A stretch of DNA of 64,000 bases from Octopus vulgaris (GCA_951406725.2 OX597835.1:21018001-21082000), one strand, 5' to 3'; shown: positions 38,802 to 53,238, counted from the stretch's first letter. Made by a program: numbers and translations. Notes: generated by a model not told the origin, from the sequence alone.

Positions 38802-39413
38802 AGTGTACGCCCGCACACATACACTCATACACATACGTTATTATCCACATTCTCTTGTGTACGTACTGATTTCGTTTCTATTCCGAAAAACTGCTATATA
38901 TATATGTTCTATTTTAAAGAAGACCCGAACGCTGGTTATATTTTTGACAGCTAGATGTAATGACATATGTCATAACAGCAATAACTGTCTGCAATAGATA
39001 CTGTACAAAAAAACCTATTTGCCGTGGCCTACTGAAGACCTTCTGGCTAGAAGCCTACGTGAAAAGATTCCGTTACAAAGCCTGCTCAATATATCATGAA
39101 ATCACTAGTTCGGACTGGAATTTTTTATTTTTGTATTTTCTGTGTTTTTTCTGTGTTTTTTGTTTTTGTTTTTTTTTGTTTTTGGCTTTTGTTTATCCGG
39201 AACGCTATCATCCAATGATATTCTAACTCGTTCCCTTTCACTCCCTCATTCTTTCCTCTTGTTTCTCTTTCACTCTCTCTCTCTTTCTCTTTCTATCAGC
39301 CCATCCTCCCTCTGTTTCCCCTCTTCCTTTGCCCAATCTCTTTTTATCACCTCTATTGCATATTTATTATATTAAGATTGTATGTCTATTCGTGAACGTG
39401 TATATATAAATTA

Positions 39414-39468
<55 letters not shown>

Positions 39469-39471
39469 TAT

Positions 39472-39532
<61 letters not shown>

Positions 39533-39558
39533 CATATATATATACATACATACATACT

Positions 39559-39590
<32 letters not shown>

Positions 39591-39760
39591 AAGAGATAGA
39601 GATAATACGTGTAAAATGTATGAATATACAAATGTATTTACATGTCTATATGTGTGTGTCTATGTGTGTGTGTGTCTGCGTGCGCGTGTGTAGATAGATA
39701 TACAGATAAATAGAAATAGATATGGGTGCAAATATATTAGAAGATTCATATGTATATGTG

Positions 39761-39802
<42 letters not shown>

Positions 39803-39805
<3 letters not shown>

Positions 39806-40095
39806 AGGCGTAATAGTCCAGTGGTTAGGTCAGCGGACTCGCGGTCTGAGGAACGCGATTTCGATCCCCAGACCAGGTGTTTATTGAGCGAAAACACCTT
39901 TCTGCCTCTTTCTGTTGTACATGGATTTCAAAGGGCCAGCCTTGTCACATTCTGTGTCATGCTGAATCTCCCCGAAGTTAAGGGTACCCGTGTCTGTGTG
40001 CGAATTGCCCAGCCACCATCTCGTTAATTTCACGAGCAAGCCGATCAGATCAACTGGAATGGAACCATCGTCGTCGTAACCGACGGAATGCCGCG
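39803..40095 (+). mobile_element. SINE family C, internally deleted
   Basis: TGGAGGCGTAATAGTCCAGTGGTTAGG head and CGTCGTCGTAACCGACGGA tail. Confidence 0.85.
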
Positions 40096-40161
<66 letters not shown>

Positions 40162-40342
40162 CCGTCAGTAAATTAAATAAAGGCATTACTCAGCATCAGT
40201 ATTGCTTGAAATGGGAGTAAAAACAACTTATTGCCACGGAAAGCACTTATCATAATGACTGGCAAGGTAGGCAAGCTCCCTAGCAATACGGTGCTGACTC
40301 GTGCCCTTGCTGAATTGCGAATAAGACACCTTCGCTATATAT

Positions 40343-41096
40343 ATACTGAGTATGGACAAAATAATGGAAGCACCTTATAATTACAAACAAATTTATTTTA
40401 ATATGGCGTAGGACCGCATTTCGCAGTAATTACAGCTTCAGTTGTACGAGGTATGGACTCGGCCAAAGTGTGAATTGTTTCCAAAGGAATTTTTGTCCTT
40501 TCTTCAGCTAAAAGAAATCTTCAGTTCTTGTAGTGATGATGGCGGAGGATATCCACTCCTTACTTGTTTTTCTAAAATGCACCATAAATGTTCAGTAATA
40601 TTGAGATCTGGGGACTGTGATGGCCAGATGAGACGTTCAAACTTCACTAGAATATTCCTCGTGCAATTCAGTAACAACTTCAGCAGTGTGAATTGATGCA
40701 TTATCATCCTGAAAGATTGTGTTTCTCTCCGGAAACGGTTCCGTAACCACAGGATGAATTTATCAGATAAAATGCTTAAGTAGTCTTGACTATTAATTCT
40801 GTCATGTAGGGAAACCATTGGGCTGGCGGATTTCCAAGGTATAGCCCACCCAGCCAGATCATCACAGATCCCCCTTCATGTTTAACAGGTGGAAGAAGAC
40901 AGTCTGGGTCAAATACTTCTTTTCACTGTCTCCACACGTATAGTCGGTCGGTGGTCGGAAATGAGGTAAATGATGACTCGTCCGAGAAAATAACATTTCT
41001 CACTGCTCTATAGGCCAATTCTGTAGATCTTTACTCCACCCTAAATACTTTGCAACGTTTGTTTTTGAAAGTAGTGGTTTTCTGAAGACAGAATTC
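40343..41096 (-). mobile_element. Tc1-family transposon remnant (catalytic domain to right end)
   Basis: Minus strand RKPLLSKTN..W..EQ*ENVIFSDESSF, VKHEGGSVMI, FQDDNASIH, WPSQSPDLNITEHLW (DD34E type); TIR-like end at ~40343. Confidence 0.9.
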
Positions 41097-42545
41097 ATAT
41101 TTTTTCCACCTAGATGATTTTGAAGACTGCCAAATAAACGATAATGAGATGGGGCAATATCTATCATAGATGGTGGGTGGGGCATCGTTTCCCATTCCAA
41201 CTGCTCCAGCCTTTGGAATGTCCTTATTTTCCTGATGGAAAAACACTTTTCGTCTTGAAACCTAACATGGTCGTTTTACCTCTAACGCTGACTTAAGCCG
41301 CTCAAGTTGCTAGAGGCAGATCTCTTTCGTTATCGCTAGGTTTGAGTTTAAAAGTTCAAAGTGAACTATACCTTTCATATCCCACCAAACAGATAACAAC
41401 AGCTTATGTGATTGAAAACCTTCTTTAGCCTAGGGTGCGGTGTTTCTCCTTTCCCTACCTACTGTCTTCGGCACTTGACATTTTTATAGAGAACCCATTT
41501 CTCGTCTCCAGTCACTATTCGGTCCCAAAATGGTTCATTCGTGAGACGTGACTGCAAAAAAAAGCACACATTCACTCTCTGCAGGCGATTATACTTGGAA
41601 ATTAGTGAGGAACCCATTGACCCAATTTGCTGACTTTTCCGATGGCACGCAGGTATTGAACGATTGGTTGCAAGTTTGTAGCAGGTAGATAATCCATATT
41701 CGTATTCGTATTCATTGCCATGGTAGTAGCAGGATTCATAGAAGAGGTTTCGTGGGAATATTGAATTCACAAGCGATCCCCGACATCTCACATGCATATC
41801 CCGAGTGACGGGACGCCGTTTGCCACGGTGTCTCCACAGTCGCAGGGAGAGAACGACCTCAAAGCCGTCGGTTGCCGCTCAGACGCCTCTTTGAATTTTT
41901 ACCAGAGCCCCCTTGGCCAAGCTGCGGCCCTAGTACCACTCGGTGCCAGACCAATCTGCCTTGATTGGCCCTACCAGGAACCGAAGTTCCCGACGGCAAA
42001 GCTCTGACACTACCCGTTTACACCACCCTACCGCTTTGAGGAGGAGTTGGACTTTAGGGTTCGTGATGCCGTCAGGAACAGAGAAGAAGCTGACTCAACC
42101 CGCCCTGGGTGAACACCGTCACAAGTACAAGTACAAGTATTGGATTATTGAATGACCAAATCCAAGCCTTTCTGCTAGTTACTCTTGTCCGGCCGGGATC
42201 TTGTCCGGCCGGGATCTTGTCCGGCCGGGATTTTCAGGACGTCCTCTTCAAGGTCTACAGAACTTCCAGGATGAGATTTTCCAGTCTTCTACACTGTAGG
42301 TTCCGGTTCGGAAATTCTTGACACTGGATTACGCTTATTGTCCGATTTGCATAAATGTATCTAGCACTTTCCTTTGCGCTGTTGCTTTTATTGAACCCAT
42401 AAAGCAAAATATACCGAATATGTCCATTTGCCACTCCTATTATAGCTTTGAAAATATAACTGTTAATCGGACTGCATTCTTGAAAACTTGCACTAAGAAT
42501 ATGTAGAAGTTAAAATTGCTACCTGCTTTTATAGCATTTATTACC
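41097..42545 (-). mobile_element. mariner-family transposon remnant, interrupted at ~41660-42135
   Basis: LGFGHSIIQ / YLRAIGKVSKLGQWVPH, RIVTGDEKWVLY, SVWWDMKGIVHFELL, HPPSMIDIAPSHYRLFGSLQNHLGGK. Confidence 0.9.
41660..42139 (-). mobile_element. GC-rich non-coding insertion, probably a non-autonomous RTE-type retroelement
   Basis: Splits the mariner ORF; minus strand has AGAGCTTTGCCGTCGGGA..CCTGGTAGGGCCA (resembles RTE 5' UTRs), a (GAATAC)n tail and (TACTTG)3 at the 5' side. Confidence 0.55.
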
Positions 42546-43267
42546 TTGTCCAAAAAACGAAAAATCAGCCTCACGGTTCCTCATTCCTAAAAAGTATCTT
42601 TAGCTGGTTGTAGGAATATAGGTTGATATTTTAATACTGCGGATTTGTTTCCAGTGCTTGTAACAGATTGACCTCTATTAATATCACCCAAAGGCAAGAC
42701 GTTTGTGATAAACAGGAAAAACTGACCCCAATCGGAATATAGACACGATTTCAGCCACGGAATTTTAACTCACATGTATTATCGAAGGAGACACTTGCCC
42801 AAGGTAACACAGTGACTCTGAACACAAAAACACATGCCAAGGAAACTTCAACAAACACACACAGTGATGCCTCAATGCTAGCTGTTGGTGCTGTTGGTGC
42901 TGCTGCAGCTAGTGTTGCTGTTGAAGTTTTTGTTGTCCTATAGTTATTCAAGCTGATGTTGCTGTACTTGACTTTGTTGTTGTTGCCGTTGGTTTCGCTT
43001 TTGTAGTGCTTGTTGTTGTAGTGGCTGATGCTTCTGCTCACAGTGTCTTCTGCCACGGCATTTGCAACGCTTCTCACAAGTAAACATGTTATTTCAGGAA
43101 TCTTTCACCAATATTATGATTTTTCCCAATAACTTTTAGCTTTTAGAATTTTTCACCAATCTCTTCAAAAGCTCTTTTCCATTCCACTTAATTCTCGCCC
43201 AATATAGTATTATAGATGTATACATACATGCATAAATGCATGCATGCATACATACATACATACATAT

Positions 43268-43324
<57 letters not shown>

Positions 43325-43422
43325 CATGTACATCTATATGTATATATATGTGTGTGTATATATATATATGTGTGTGTGCATGTGCATCTATATATATTTA
43401 TGTATATGTATATATATATATG

Positions 43423-43454
<32 letters not shown>

Positions 43455-44298
43455 TATACATATTTATGTGTGTATATATATATATATACACATAAATATG
43501 TATATATGCATATACGTGTACATAAATATTCGTGTATATATATATATATATAGATAGATAGATAGATAGATATACATACATACATACATACATACATACA
43601 TACATACATACATACATACATACACACATACATATATATATATATAATGTATACATGCATGTATACACACACCATATCTGTGTGCATGTGTATATAAACA
43701 CATCTGTGCGCGCGTACTGTGTGTGTGTGTATGTGTGAGTGTGTGCGCGCACGTACGTGTTTCATTCTATTATTCTATTATTCAGCATTCCGTCTTACCG
43801 AATATTGCGAAAGTCTTTTGAAGAATTCGCATGCATTTTCATTCTATTATTATATTTTTATACTTCATTATTTTCTACTCCCGAGACTGTGTTTTCCCAG
43901 AGATCAGAGATCTGGTGTGTATGTTTCACAGCTGCTGTCAATCGAACTCACATGTACGCACAAACAACTCCTTCAGACACAAATACACACAAACGTACGA
44001 CTGCAGACTCGTATATAAACAAAAAACCACATACACGCACATACACACACACGCACGTATACACGCACACACACATATATAAAGTAAGTTAAAAATAATG
44101 GTCATTACATATTTTTCCTTTACTGGAGCAAATTTGCCTACCAGGTGTTTCCGGTGGTCATTAGAGGTACATTTCTGATAGGCCTAGTCAATTAGTTTAT
44201 TCATCAGCTGAGAAAAATTGAACAACCTAAAATAGTGATGTTACTATCGTCAGAGACATTTCTGGGTATGTACAAACATACACACACAGATAGATAAG

Positions 44299-44411
<113 letters not shown>

Positions 44412-44593
44412 CGACAGGCAGAGAGACGACATAAACGTCATATAACCGAGCTGTCCTTGGGCTGAACAGTAGCTCGCGGTCTAACCCGGATTCACATTAA
44501 TTACTGCTTCCTAGGTTCCGCCAGCTATGAGACAGGTAGCCTGAATTTCATCTACTGTATTCCTTAATTTAAGTTGTTAATACAACCACACAC

Positions 44594-44666
<73 letters not shown>

Positions 44667-44778
44667 ATTTACCAATATAAGTCTATGTATGCATGGATGT
44701 ATATATGTATGAGTATATATATTGATACACACACACATATATATATGTAAAATAGTAATATATGTGCAAATATATATA

Positions 44779-44810
<32 letters not shown>

Positions 44811-44976
44811 ATATAAATATAATAATATATATATATATACATATATAGTTATCGGACCACACTAACAGTTATTCTTATGCTTATATATACATTATAATAT
44901 GTATACTTACACATATTTAGAAACATACATATATTATACATTGTAAACATATATATATATATATATATCCATATAC

Positions 44977-45024
<48 letters not shown>

Positions 45025-45169
45025 GTGTGTGTGTGTGTGTGTATGAATGTGTGTGTGTGACTTATAACATATACATTTACGCAGGTATATAAATATATCT
45101 GCATATATCACAAGACATATACAGAAACATATACATACGCATATATATATATAAATATATAAACGTACT

Positions 45170-45228
<59 letters not shown>

Positions 45229-45571
45229 TATATACATATACGTAAGCATATACATAATTATACATGTACATATATAATCATGTAGTTATATATGTAATAT
45301 ATATATATGTAATATATGTATATGTATGTAGATGTGCGTGTGTGAGTGCACACACCTACATACTGGCGTAACACATTCATACATACACAAACATACGCAG
45401 TATAATATTTTACAGGATTAGATATCGTCCGTACGTAAGCTTATGAATTATTGGTCTTATTTATAAGTGTTGGATACGATAGTGGTAAATTGATTTTTGA
45501 TTTTGACTGGTACAAGTTATTTGAGTTTGCAGACACTTGATATCAAATGATAAATTATAAACAAACACGTC

Positions 45572-45632
45572 TATTTACCAATATAAGTCTATGTATGCAT
45601 GGATGTATATATGTATGAGTATATATATTCAT

Positions 45633-45665
<33 letters not shown>

Positions 45666-45735
45666 AAATAGTAATATATGTGCAAATATATATATGTATA
45701 TTATATATATATATATATATAATATAAATATAATG

Positions 45736-45790
<55 letters not shown>

Positions 45791-45925
45791 CATAGTTATC
45801 GGACCACTCTAACAGTTATTCTTATGCTTATATATACATTATAATATGTATACATACACATATTTAGAAACATACATACATATATTATACATTGTAAACA
45901 TATATATATATCCATATACATATGT
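45572..45925. repeat. Local direct duplication of ~44667-44980
   Basis: Shared anchors TATTTACCAATATAAGTCTATG and GTTATCGGACCAC(A/T)CTAACAGTTATTCTTATGC. Confidence 0.85.
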
Positions 45926-46109
45926 ATACCTCCATACATATGTATGTAGATATATATACATACATACACGTATGAGTTTAAAGAAAAGTAGACAGACAGT
46001 GAGAAAAAAAGAGAGAAGGAAGGAAAGAAAGAAAGAAAGAAAGAAATGCATAACGAAAGTAAGGAAGGAAGGAAGAAAGAAAAAATGAAAGCAAACTATA
46101 TTGTGTGTA

Positions 46110-46329
46110 GCGGGGAGCTGGCAGAGACGTTAGCACGCCGAGTGAAATGCGTAGCCGTATTTCGTCTGCCGCTACGTTGTGAGTTCAAATTCTGCCGAGG
46201 TCGACTTTACCTTTCATCCTTTCGGGGTCGATTAAATAAGTACCAGTTACGCACTGGGGTCGATATAATCGACTTAATCCGTTTGTTTGTCCTCTCTGTG
46301 TTTAGCCCCTTGTGGGTAGTAAAGAAATA
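46110..46329 (+). mobile_element. SINE family A monomer with TSD
   Basis: TATATTGTGTGTAGCG at 46097-46112 and 46330-46345. Confidence 0.9.
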
Positions 46330-46349
46330 TATATTGTGTGTAGCGTTGG

Positions 46350-46800
46350 CAAAAAGACAATTTTTAAACATGAAGCAATTTATTCAATTTATGATATAAT
46401 TGTCTTGTGCTCTCATTTATCCCTTGCCATCTTGTGGGCGGAACCATTCCCACATGCTCGAGGAATTTTCCGCCTCTACTGGCGAAAAGCTCTTCCAGGG
46501 CAAGTTCCAGGTCCTCTTCAGTGATGAAGGTCTGTTCTTCATTCAATGAATTTTGAAGAGGACGAAACACGTGAAAACATGAATGCGCATGGTTGGGCGA
46601 ATATGGGGCGTGCATCAACCTTCCCGGTCAACCCCTTGCAGTACCTGCAATGTCTGCAAAGAAGTGTGCAGTCTGAGATTGCCGGGATGAAAGGCAATGC
46701 ACTTGTGGTCAACATTTCAGGGATGTTTCTGATGGATCGTTACTTTTAACTTCTTTAGATATGTAACAGTACACAACCGTATTGATGTTGTTTTCGTTAG
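46350..46800 (-). mobile_element. Old mariner transposase C-terminal remnant
   Basis: ORF 46364-46618 HAPYSPNHAHSCFHVFRPLQNSL...FAS...RWQ resembles HPPYSPDLAPSDFHLFxxLQNxL. Confidence 0.8.
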
Positions 46801-46912
46801 AGGAATCTCGTAAAAGTCAACACCCTGCCAACCCTACAAAATTAAAAGCATAACCTTCTATGGGTTATATATATATACCCATATACGTATACATATATAT
46901 ATATATATACCC

Positions 46913-47003
<91 letters not shown>

Positions 47004-47109
47004 TATATCCATATACGTATATATGTACGTATACATATGTATATATGTATATATAGCATTATTAAATCTCAGAATGAGATGTAAACAGTAATCGCTCGAT
47101 CATGTAAAG

Positions 47110-47352
47110 TATAGAAGCCATCTTAATATGGCTAACCACATAGGGGAGGGGGTGTTACTGTAACTTTATAGCCCCCGAAATCGTCGTCTCCAGCTGGCTT
47201 TAGACACCATTTCAGTGCCCTTGAAAGGGAGGCCATCCCTTCCTCGCAAGCCTGAGTGATACGCTCGGACTAGTTTCGGGATTATTGTCCTTTGTCAACG
47301 GGCGGTAATCACCAGGTCGACTGGTGGTTACCGCCCGTTGACTGGTGGTTAT
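47110..47352 (-). mobile_element. Distant retrozyme-family relative with a decayed hammerhead (47251-47316)
   Basis: Shares AGCCAT..AATATGGCTAACC, TAGCCCC and CTCCAGCTGGC with the 353-bp monomer; minus strand CGCCCG-TTGACAA-AGGA caataa TCCC-GAAA-CTAG-TC-CGAGCG. Confidence 0.7.
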
Positions 47353-47487
47353 ACATTACATATATATATATATATATATATATATACTTTACATATATAC
47401 TCTATATATACTCTATATATACTCTATATGGCTTCTATACTTTACATATATATATATATAATATGAATTAGAAAAAATAAATAACAT

Positions 47488-47641
47488 TCAATTTAGTATT
47501 AAATCAAATTTCACAGTATAAATATATAAAATATAAATTAGAGATAAACCCACTATTATGCAACTCAAACAGTGATAGACATAAACTAATACATAAATAA
47601 CAAATAAAATATATAATTAATATAATATATAATATATAATG

Positions 47642-47706
<65 letters not shown>

Positions 47707-47790
47707 TGTTTGAGTTGCATAATAGTGGTTTTATCTCTAATTTATATTTTATATATTTATACTGTGAAATTTGATTTAATACTAAATTGA
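47488..47790. repeat. 90-bp near-perfect inverted repeat around an AT-rich/(TA)n spacer
   Basis: 47488-47577 versus 47701-47790, about 1 mismatch. Confidence 0.9.
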
Positions 47791-48294
47791 CTTTTCCCTG
47801 TAAATTTGGAGTTATATTCACTAATATTATTATATATATATATACGTTTAAAATGTATAATATATGTATGTGTGTATATATGTGTATAAGTATATACTTA
47901 TATGTTTACTATGTATCATAATATATGCATGTATGTTTCTAAATATGTGTATGCATGTATACATATTATAATGTATAGTGTTTCGCTGCACTCCTTCCAT
48001 GATTATTTGCGCTTCTCCTTGTTAGAGACAAACTATGTTTCACCCTCTGTCACTATTAGTTTTTTTTCCATGCAACGAAATGTAGATGGGCATTCCGTGG
48101 GCCCGTACTCCTCATTCACTTGTGTCCAACTATTTGTCTCTACCTTCTTACAAAAGTCTTCATGTTTACGCATTCGTTCTTCATAAACTTAATTTATATA
48201 ATGGTTCAATTGCTGCTCTCTCTCTTTCTCTTTCCCTGACTGTCTATCTCTCCATCTATCTAACTTACCATCTATCTAAATCTCTATCTCTCTA

Positions 48295-48608
48295 TATCAC
48301 CGTGATCACCGTGACCGACCAGGCTATCAAATGTTGCTACACATCGCTGGTCACAATGCGCTTCGCATTGTTTTAGCCTCCAAATGACGCCACCCCGCTG
48401 GCAAAGCGAGCAGGCCAACAGAAGAAAGAGTGAGATAAAGTTGTGGTGAAAGAGTACAGCAGGGATCACCACCACCCCCTGCTGGAGCCTCGTGGAGCTT
48501 TAGGTGTTTTCGCTCAATAAACACTCACAACGCCCGGTCTGGGAATCGAAACCGCGATCCTACAACCGCGAGTCCGCTGCCCTAACCACTGGGCCATTGC
48601 GCCTCCAC
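48295..48608 (-). mobile_element. SINE family C' (family C head, different tail)
   Basis: Matches family C from the head to CACAACTTT, then a distinct tail ending (CACGGTGAT)n. Confidence 0.9.
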
Positions 48609-48846
48609 CTATCTCTCTATATACTTTCTATATTCTATTGCAGTCTAATCTATCTATCTCTCACCCGCATTGACTCTCTCTCTCTCTCTCTTTCTCTGTT
48701 CTTCTCTCCCTCTGATACTACCTTTCTATCTCTCTCCCTCTTTCTCTTTTTCTGTTGTACCCACACACTCACTGCCTCTCTCTCTCACTCACTCTCACTC
48801 TCCCTCTATCTTTCTATCTATTTTATTCTATTCTATCTCTTGCTCG

Positions 48847-48912
<66 letters not shown>

Positions 48913-49439
48913 CTCTTAGCTTTCTCGCTACCTTGCGAAGTCGAACATATTTTGTCCAGAATAATGTTTTGATTAAAGACTAGATCGACTAGGCCAAGTG
49001 TGTACATTTGCGTTTACCTTCCGTATACCGTTTGAACTGACGCATCTAAAAACAGCCTTCTGTAAGGAAGCCCCTTATTAAAAAGACGCGTTCCATACAG
49101 TTAGAAAACGATCGATATAGAAACACATGACGCACACACGCACACACACACGCGCCCATAGAGATACGGAAAAAAACTCTCACACGCCCAAACATATAAT
49201 ACATATTATATAGCGTATTATATATAGGTATATATACATGCTTTTTATGTAAGTTTATGTTTTTTTATATACAATACAAATGTATTGTATGTGTATCTAG
49301 AATGCAAATGCATGTGTGCGTGTGTTTGTGTGTGTACTCTCACATACATATGTCCACAAACAGGTGCATGTCCATATGTCTACACATTTATATATATATA
49401 TATGAAACCAAAGTGTACGTACGCCGCTATATTTTTTTA

Positions 49440-49930
49440 TATATAAAAAATACAAAAATGGGACAAGAACGCAAAACATCTAGACAGACAATACAAAGAA
49501 AACAGGGACGAGTCATACGGACTTTTCTGTCCTCAGTCTGGTTATACTCGAGATTGCTTCAATCTGGCCAACCCCAAGGCGAAACTAAGCTAATAGCATT
49601 AGATTATTTGGAAGAAAGCAGTGAATATATACGAAAACAAGGACGGAAGAAAACGGAGAAATGTTACAGAAATACAAATAACAAGACATAACAACAGGTG
49701 TCTTTCGACTATGGACCAATTAAATTAAGCTGGCGTAAGATGAAAGGATCAAGGTGTAGGAAAAAAGTTAGTTTCAAGCAATCGGTAATAAATATTGAAA
49801 AAAAATACGGACAATAGTAGTTTATTGAGATGGAGGTATGGAGGTTTGTGGATTTTTTCGTATCGGAGTACGATGACTTGAAAAAAATTCTTTTTATAAT
49901 TCACGGTAGGCGACCAAGGTTGTCGGATAT
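49440..49930 (-). mobile_element. Possible decayed Penelope-like 3' end
   Basis: Weak RLLExxxIxxLxxxxPxxLN-like remnant near 49725-49790, followed by a T-rich terminal region with CTGAGGA; similar layout to 690-1050. Confidence 0.35.
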
Positions 49931-49944
49931 GCTATCATTATAAA

Positions 49945-50152
49945 TTCTTTTCTACTCTAGGCACAAAGCCCGAAATGTTTGAGGCGGAAGGCAGTCGATT
50001 AGATTGACTGCAATATGCAACTGGTACTTACTTTATTGATCCTGAAACAATGAAAAGCAAAGTCGAGCTCGGCAGAATTTGAACTCAGAACGTAAAGACA
50101 AACGAAATACCACTAAGCATTTCGTACTAACGTTTCTACTAGCTCGCAACCT
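49945..50152 (-). mobile_element. SINE family A variant
   Basis: AAAGTCGA.CTCGGCAGAATTTGAACTCAGAACG core; tail as at 28660-28682. Confidence 0.8.
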
Positions 50153-50819
50153 TGTTAGCACTATATAATAATCCACCTATATATTCTTCCCTTTAATTCA
50201 TTATTTTCGTTTACAACAGAGAAATATCGGGAAAACTATAAGCAAAGACAGTGATAGCTTATGATGAGTTCGATTAGTTGTTTTTAATATACGTGTGTGT
50301 GTGTATACTTAATTATTTTGTTTATATTAATTAGTTAGTCAGTCAGTCAATCAGTTAATTAATTAGTTAATTATTTAGTTACGTATTAACAAACTACACT
50401 CGCTCTCGGGGAAAAAGGACAAGTATTTTTACGTCAAGTCACTGGAACCGAAGTTTTCACGTTGACGGAGATCCGCTATTATACAAAAATAATTCAATAA
50501 CACATTAGTCTGCAAATCTGGTGAACTACTATGGTGGAGTGTACTTCTCCATCTCTAATGATGGTGAATAACATCTCATCTTCGTCAATAATATATATAT
50601 TTCTCATTTGAAGCCACATATCCTACTTAGTGAGAACAAGGGAGCTGGGATGTAGAAAAATGAAGAATTCGCTTTCGAATTTCTCTTTCCACATGTGTAT
50701 GTCACTGCCACCACTTTCTCATTTAATACATTTGTATTATGGCACTTCGCAATATCTAGTACTTTCTTCATAACATTAAGTAATGTTTTCAAAACATCGC
50801 TTTTGGAATTGCTTCTGCA

Positions 50820-50907
<88 letters not shown>

Positions 50908-50924
50908 TGATGTATATATATATA

Positions 50925-50977
<53 letters not shown>

Positions 50978-51091
50978 GTGTGTGTGTTTGTATGTGTGTG
51001 TGTGTGTGTATAAATATAAATATATATATTTGTGTGTGTGTGTTTGTAAATCTATATATATATATATATATATATAAGCATGTAAACATAT

Positions 51092-51130
<39 letters not shown>

Positions 51131-51219
51131 CAGAGAGAGATGGAGGGAGAGAGATATTTGGATAGGTCAAAGTGTATATGCAAATATACATTGACGTGTA
51201 TGTTTATTTTTGAGAATAA

Positions 51220-51257
<38 letters not shown>

Positions 51258-51602
51258 AGAGTAACTTTTATATGTATTTTCGGTAATGTATATACGACAC
51301 TAAATATAGTTGTATAATGGTAATATTGGTAATTCATATTTATATATGCCTTGCGTAGAAAACTCTACAAGTATAATTATATTCTCATTAATGCATACAA
51401 CATGAATAAGTGGTATATCTATCTATCTATCTATCTGTCTATCTATCTATCTATCTATCGATCTATCAATCTATCTATCTATCTATCGATCTATCAATCT
51501 ATCTATCTCTCTATTTCTCTCACTCTCTCTCTCACATATACATATATATATACACACATACACGTGTATATATATATATATATATATATACATACACACA
51601 CA

Positions 51603-51695
<93 letters not shown>

Positions 51696-51882
51696 GTATG
51701 TATTTATGTATGTAATTGCGTGTTTGCGTATATGAGTGTGTAGAGTGTGTTTTAGTATTCAATGTGTTTTATTGCGTATAACTAATCAATAATGTAATAG
51801 AGGTACATGTTATTTCTGCATCGACTTATGATAGCAATATATAGGTAGATAGATTGATGGATAGATAGATAGATAGATAGAC

Positions 51883-51949
<67 letters not shown>

Positions 51950-52361
51950 TAGACAGATATATAAATGGAGACATTTATAGAGAAATAGATGTGTGTATAT
52001 ATATATATGTGTGCGTGTGTGTGTGTGTGTTTGTTTGCGTATATGTATTTAATTGTATGTATATATAAGCATATATTTATTAATATCAATTCACTTGATT
52101 CGACAGGCGGTGGCTAACGTACACATTTATACTTTCAACCTCATGATAATGTAGATCGATAGATATATTCCTTGAGAGAAGCAGACAGAAAATGTTCCTT
52201 TATAAATATACACACAATGAATGATATATTTATGTGTGTGTATATCGCCCACCATATGCATATAAGTATGTGTGTGGTGTGTCTGTGTCTTTAGAGCGAG
52301 AGATATTGACACAAATACATGCTTTGAAAATTACATATCTATCAATCTGTCTATCTATCTG

Positions 52362-52437
<76 letters not shown>

Positions 52438-52610
52438 AATATCTACCTATATATATATATGTCTGTATGTATGTATGCATTTATGTATGTATATATATGT
52501 AGGTGTATATATATATATATATATATATATAGCATATATTTACACACCTATACACATATGCATATATATATATAGATAGATGCATAATACATCGCAACAT
52601 AGATAAGTAG

Positions 52611-52652
<42 letters not shown>

Positions 52653-52663
52653 ATATACATATA

Positions 52664-52720
<57 letters not shown>

Positions 52721-53187
52721 CATACCTACATATATGTACGCATACTTTTTTTACCTTCATATATTTTTTAGGTATAGAAGTAAGTATATTTATATATATG
52801 TATATGTGTGTGTATATATGTGTGCAAATATTATATAAGTAACTATGTATTTGTATGTATGTATATGCGTGTATGTATGTATGTATGTATGTATGTATGT
52901 ATGTATGTATGTATGTATGTATGTATGTATGTATGTATGTATGTATGTATGTGTGTACTACGTAGTTATGTGTGTCTGTTTTCTTAGAAAGCAATTCTGA
53001 ACAGTTCCGCTGCAAACACTACATTTCATAATGAAGAAAGAACTAGACACTAGAAAGTGTGCTGCGAGAAGTATGTTAAGTTCCAGAATTGTGTAAAAGA
53101 CATATTCATGTAGGCATATATATTAGGAAAGGAATATGGAAGTGATACTTGTGTATGTATAGCAACTGTACGCTTTTTATAAGGGCA

Positions 53188-53238
<51 letters not shown>

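Noticed and set aside
42751-43077. 108-aa ORF
   Set aside because: Decayed (GTT/GCT)n repeat fused to a SINE B fragment.
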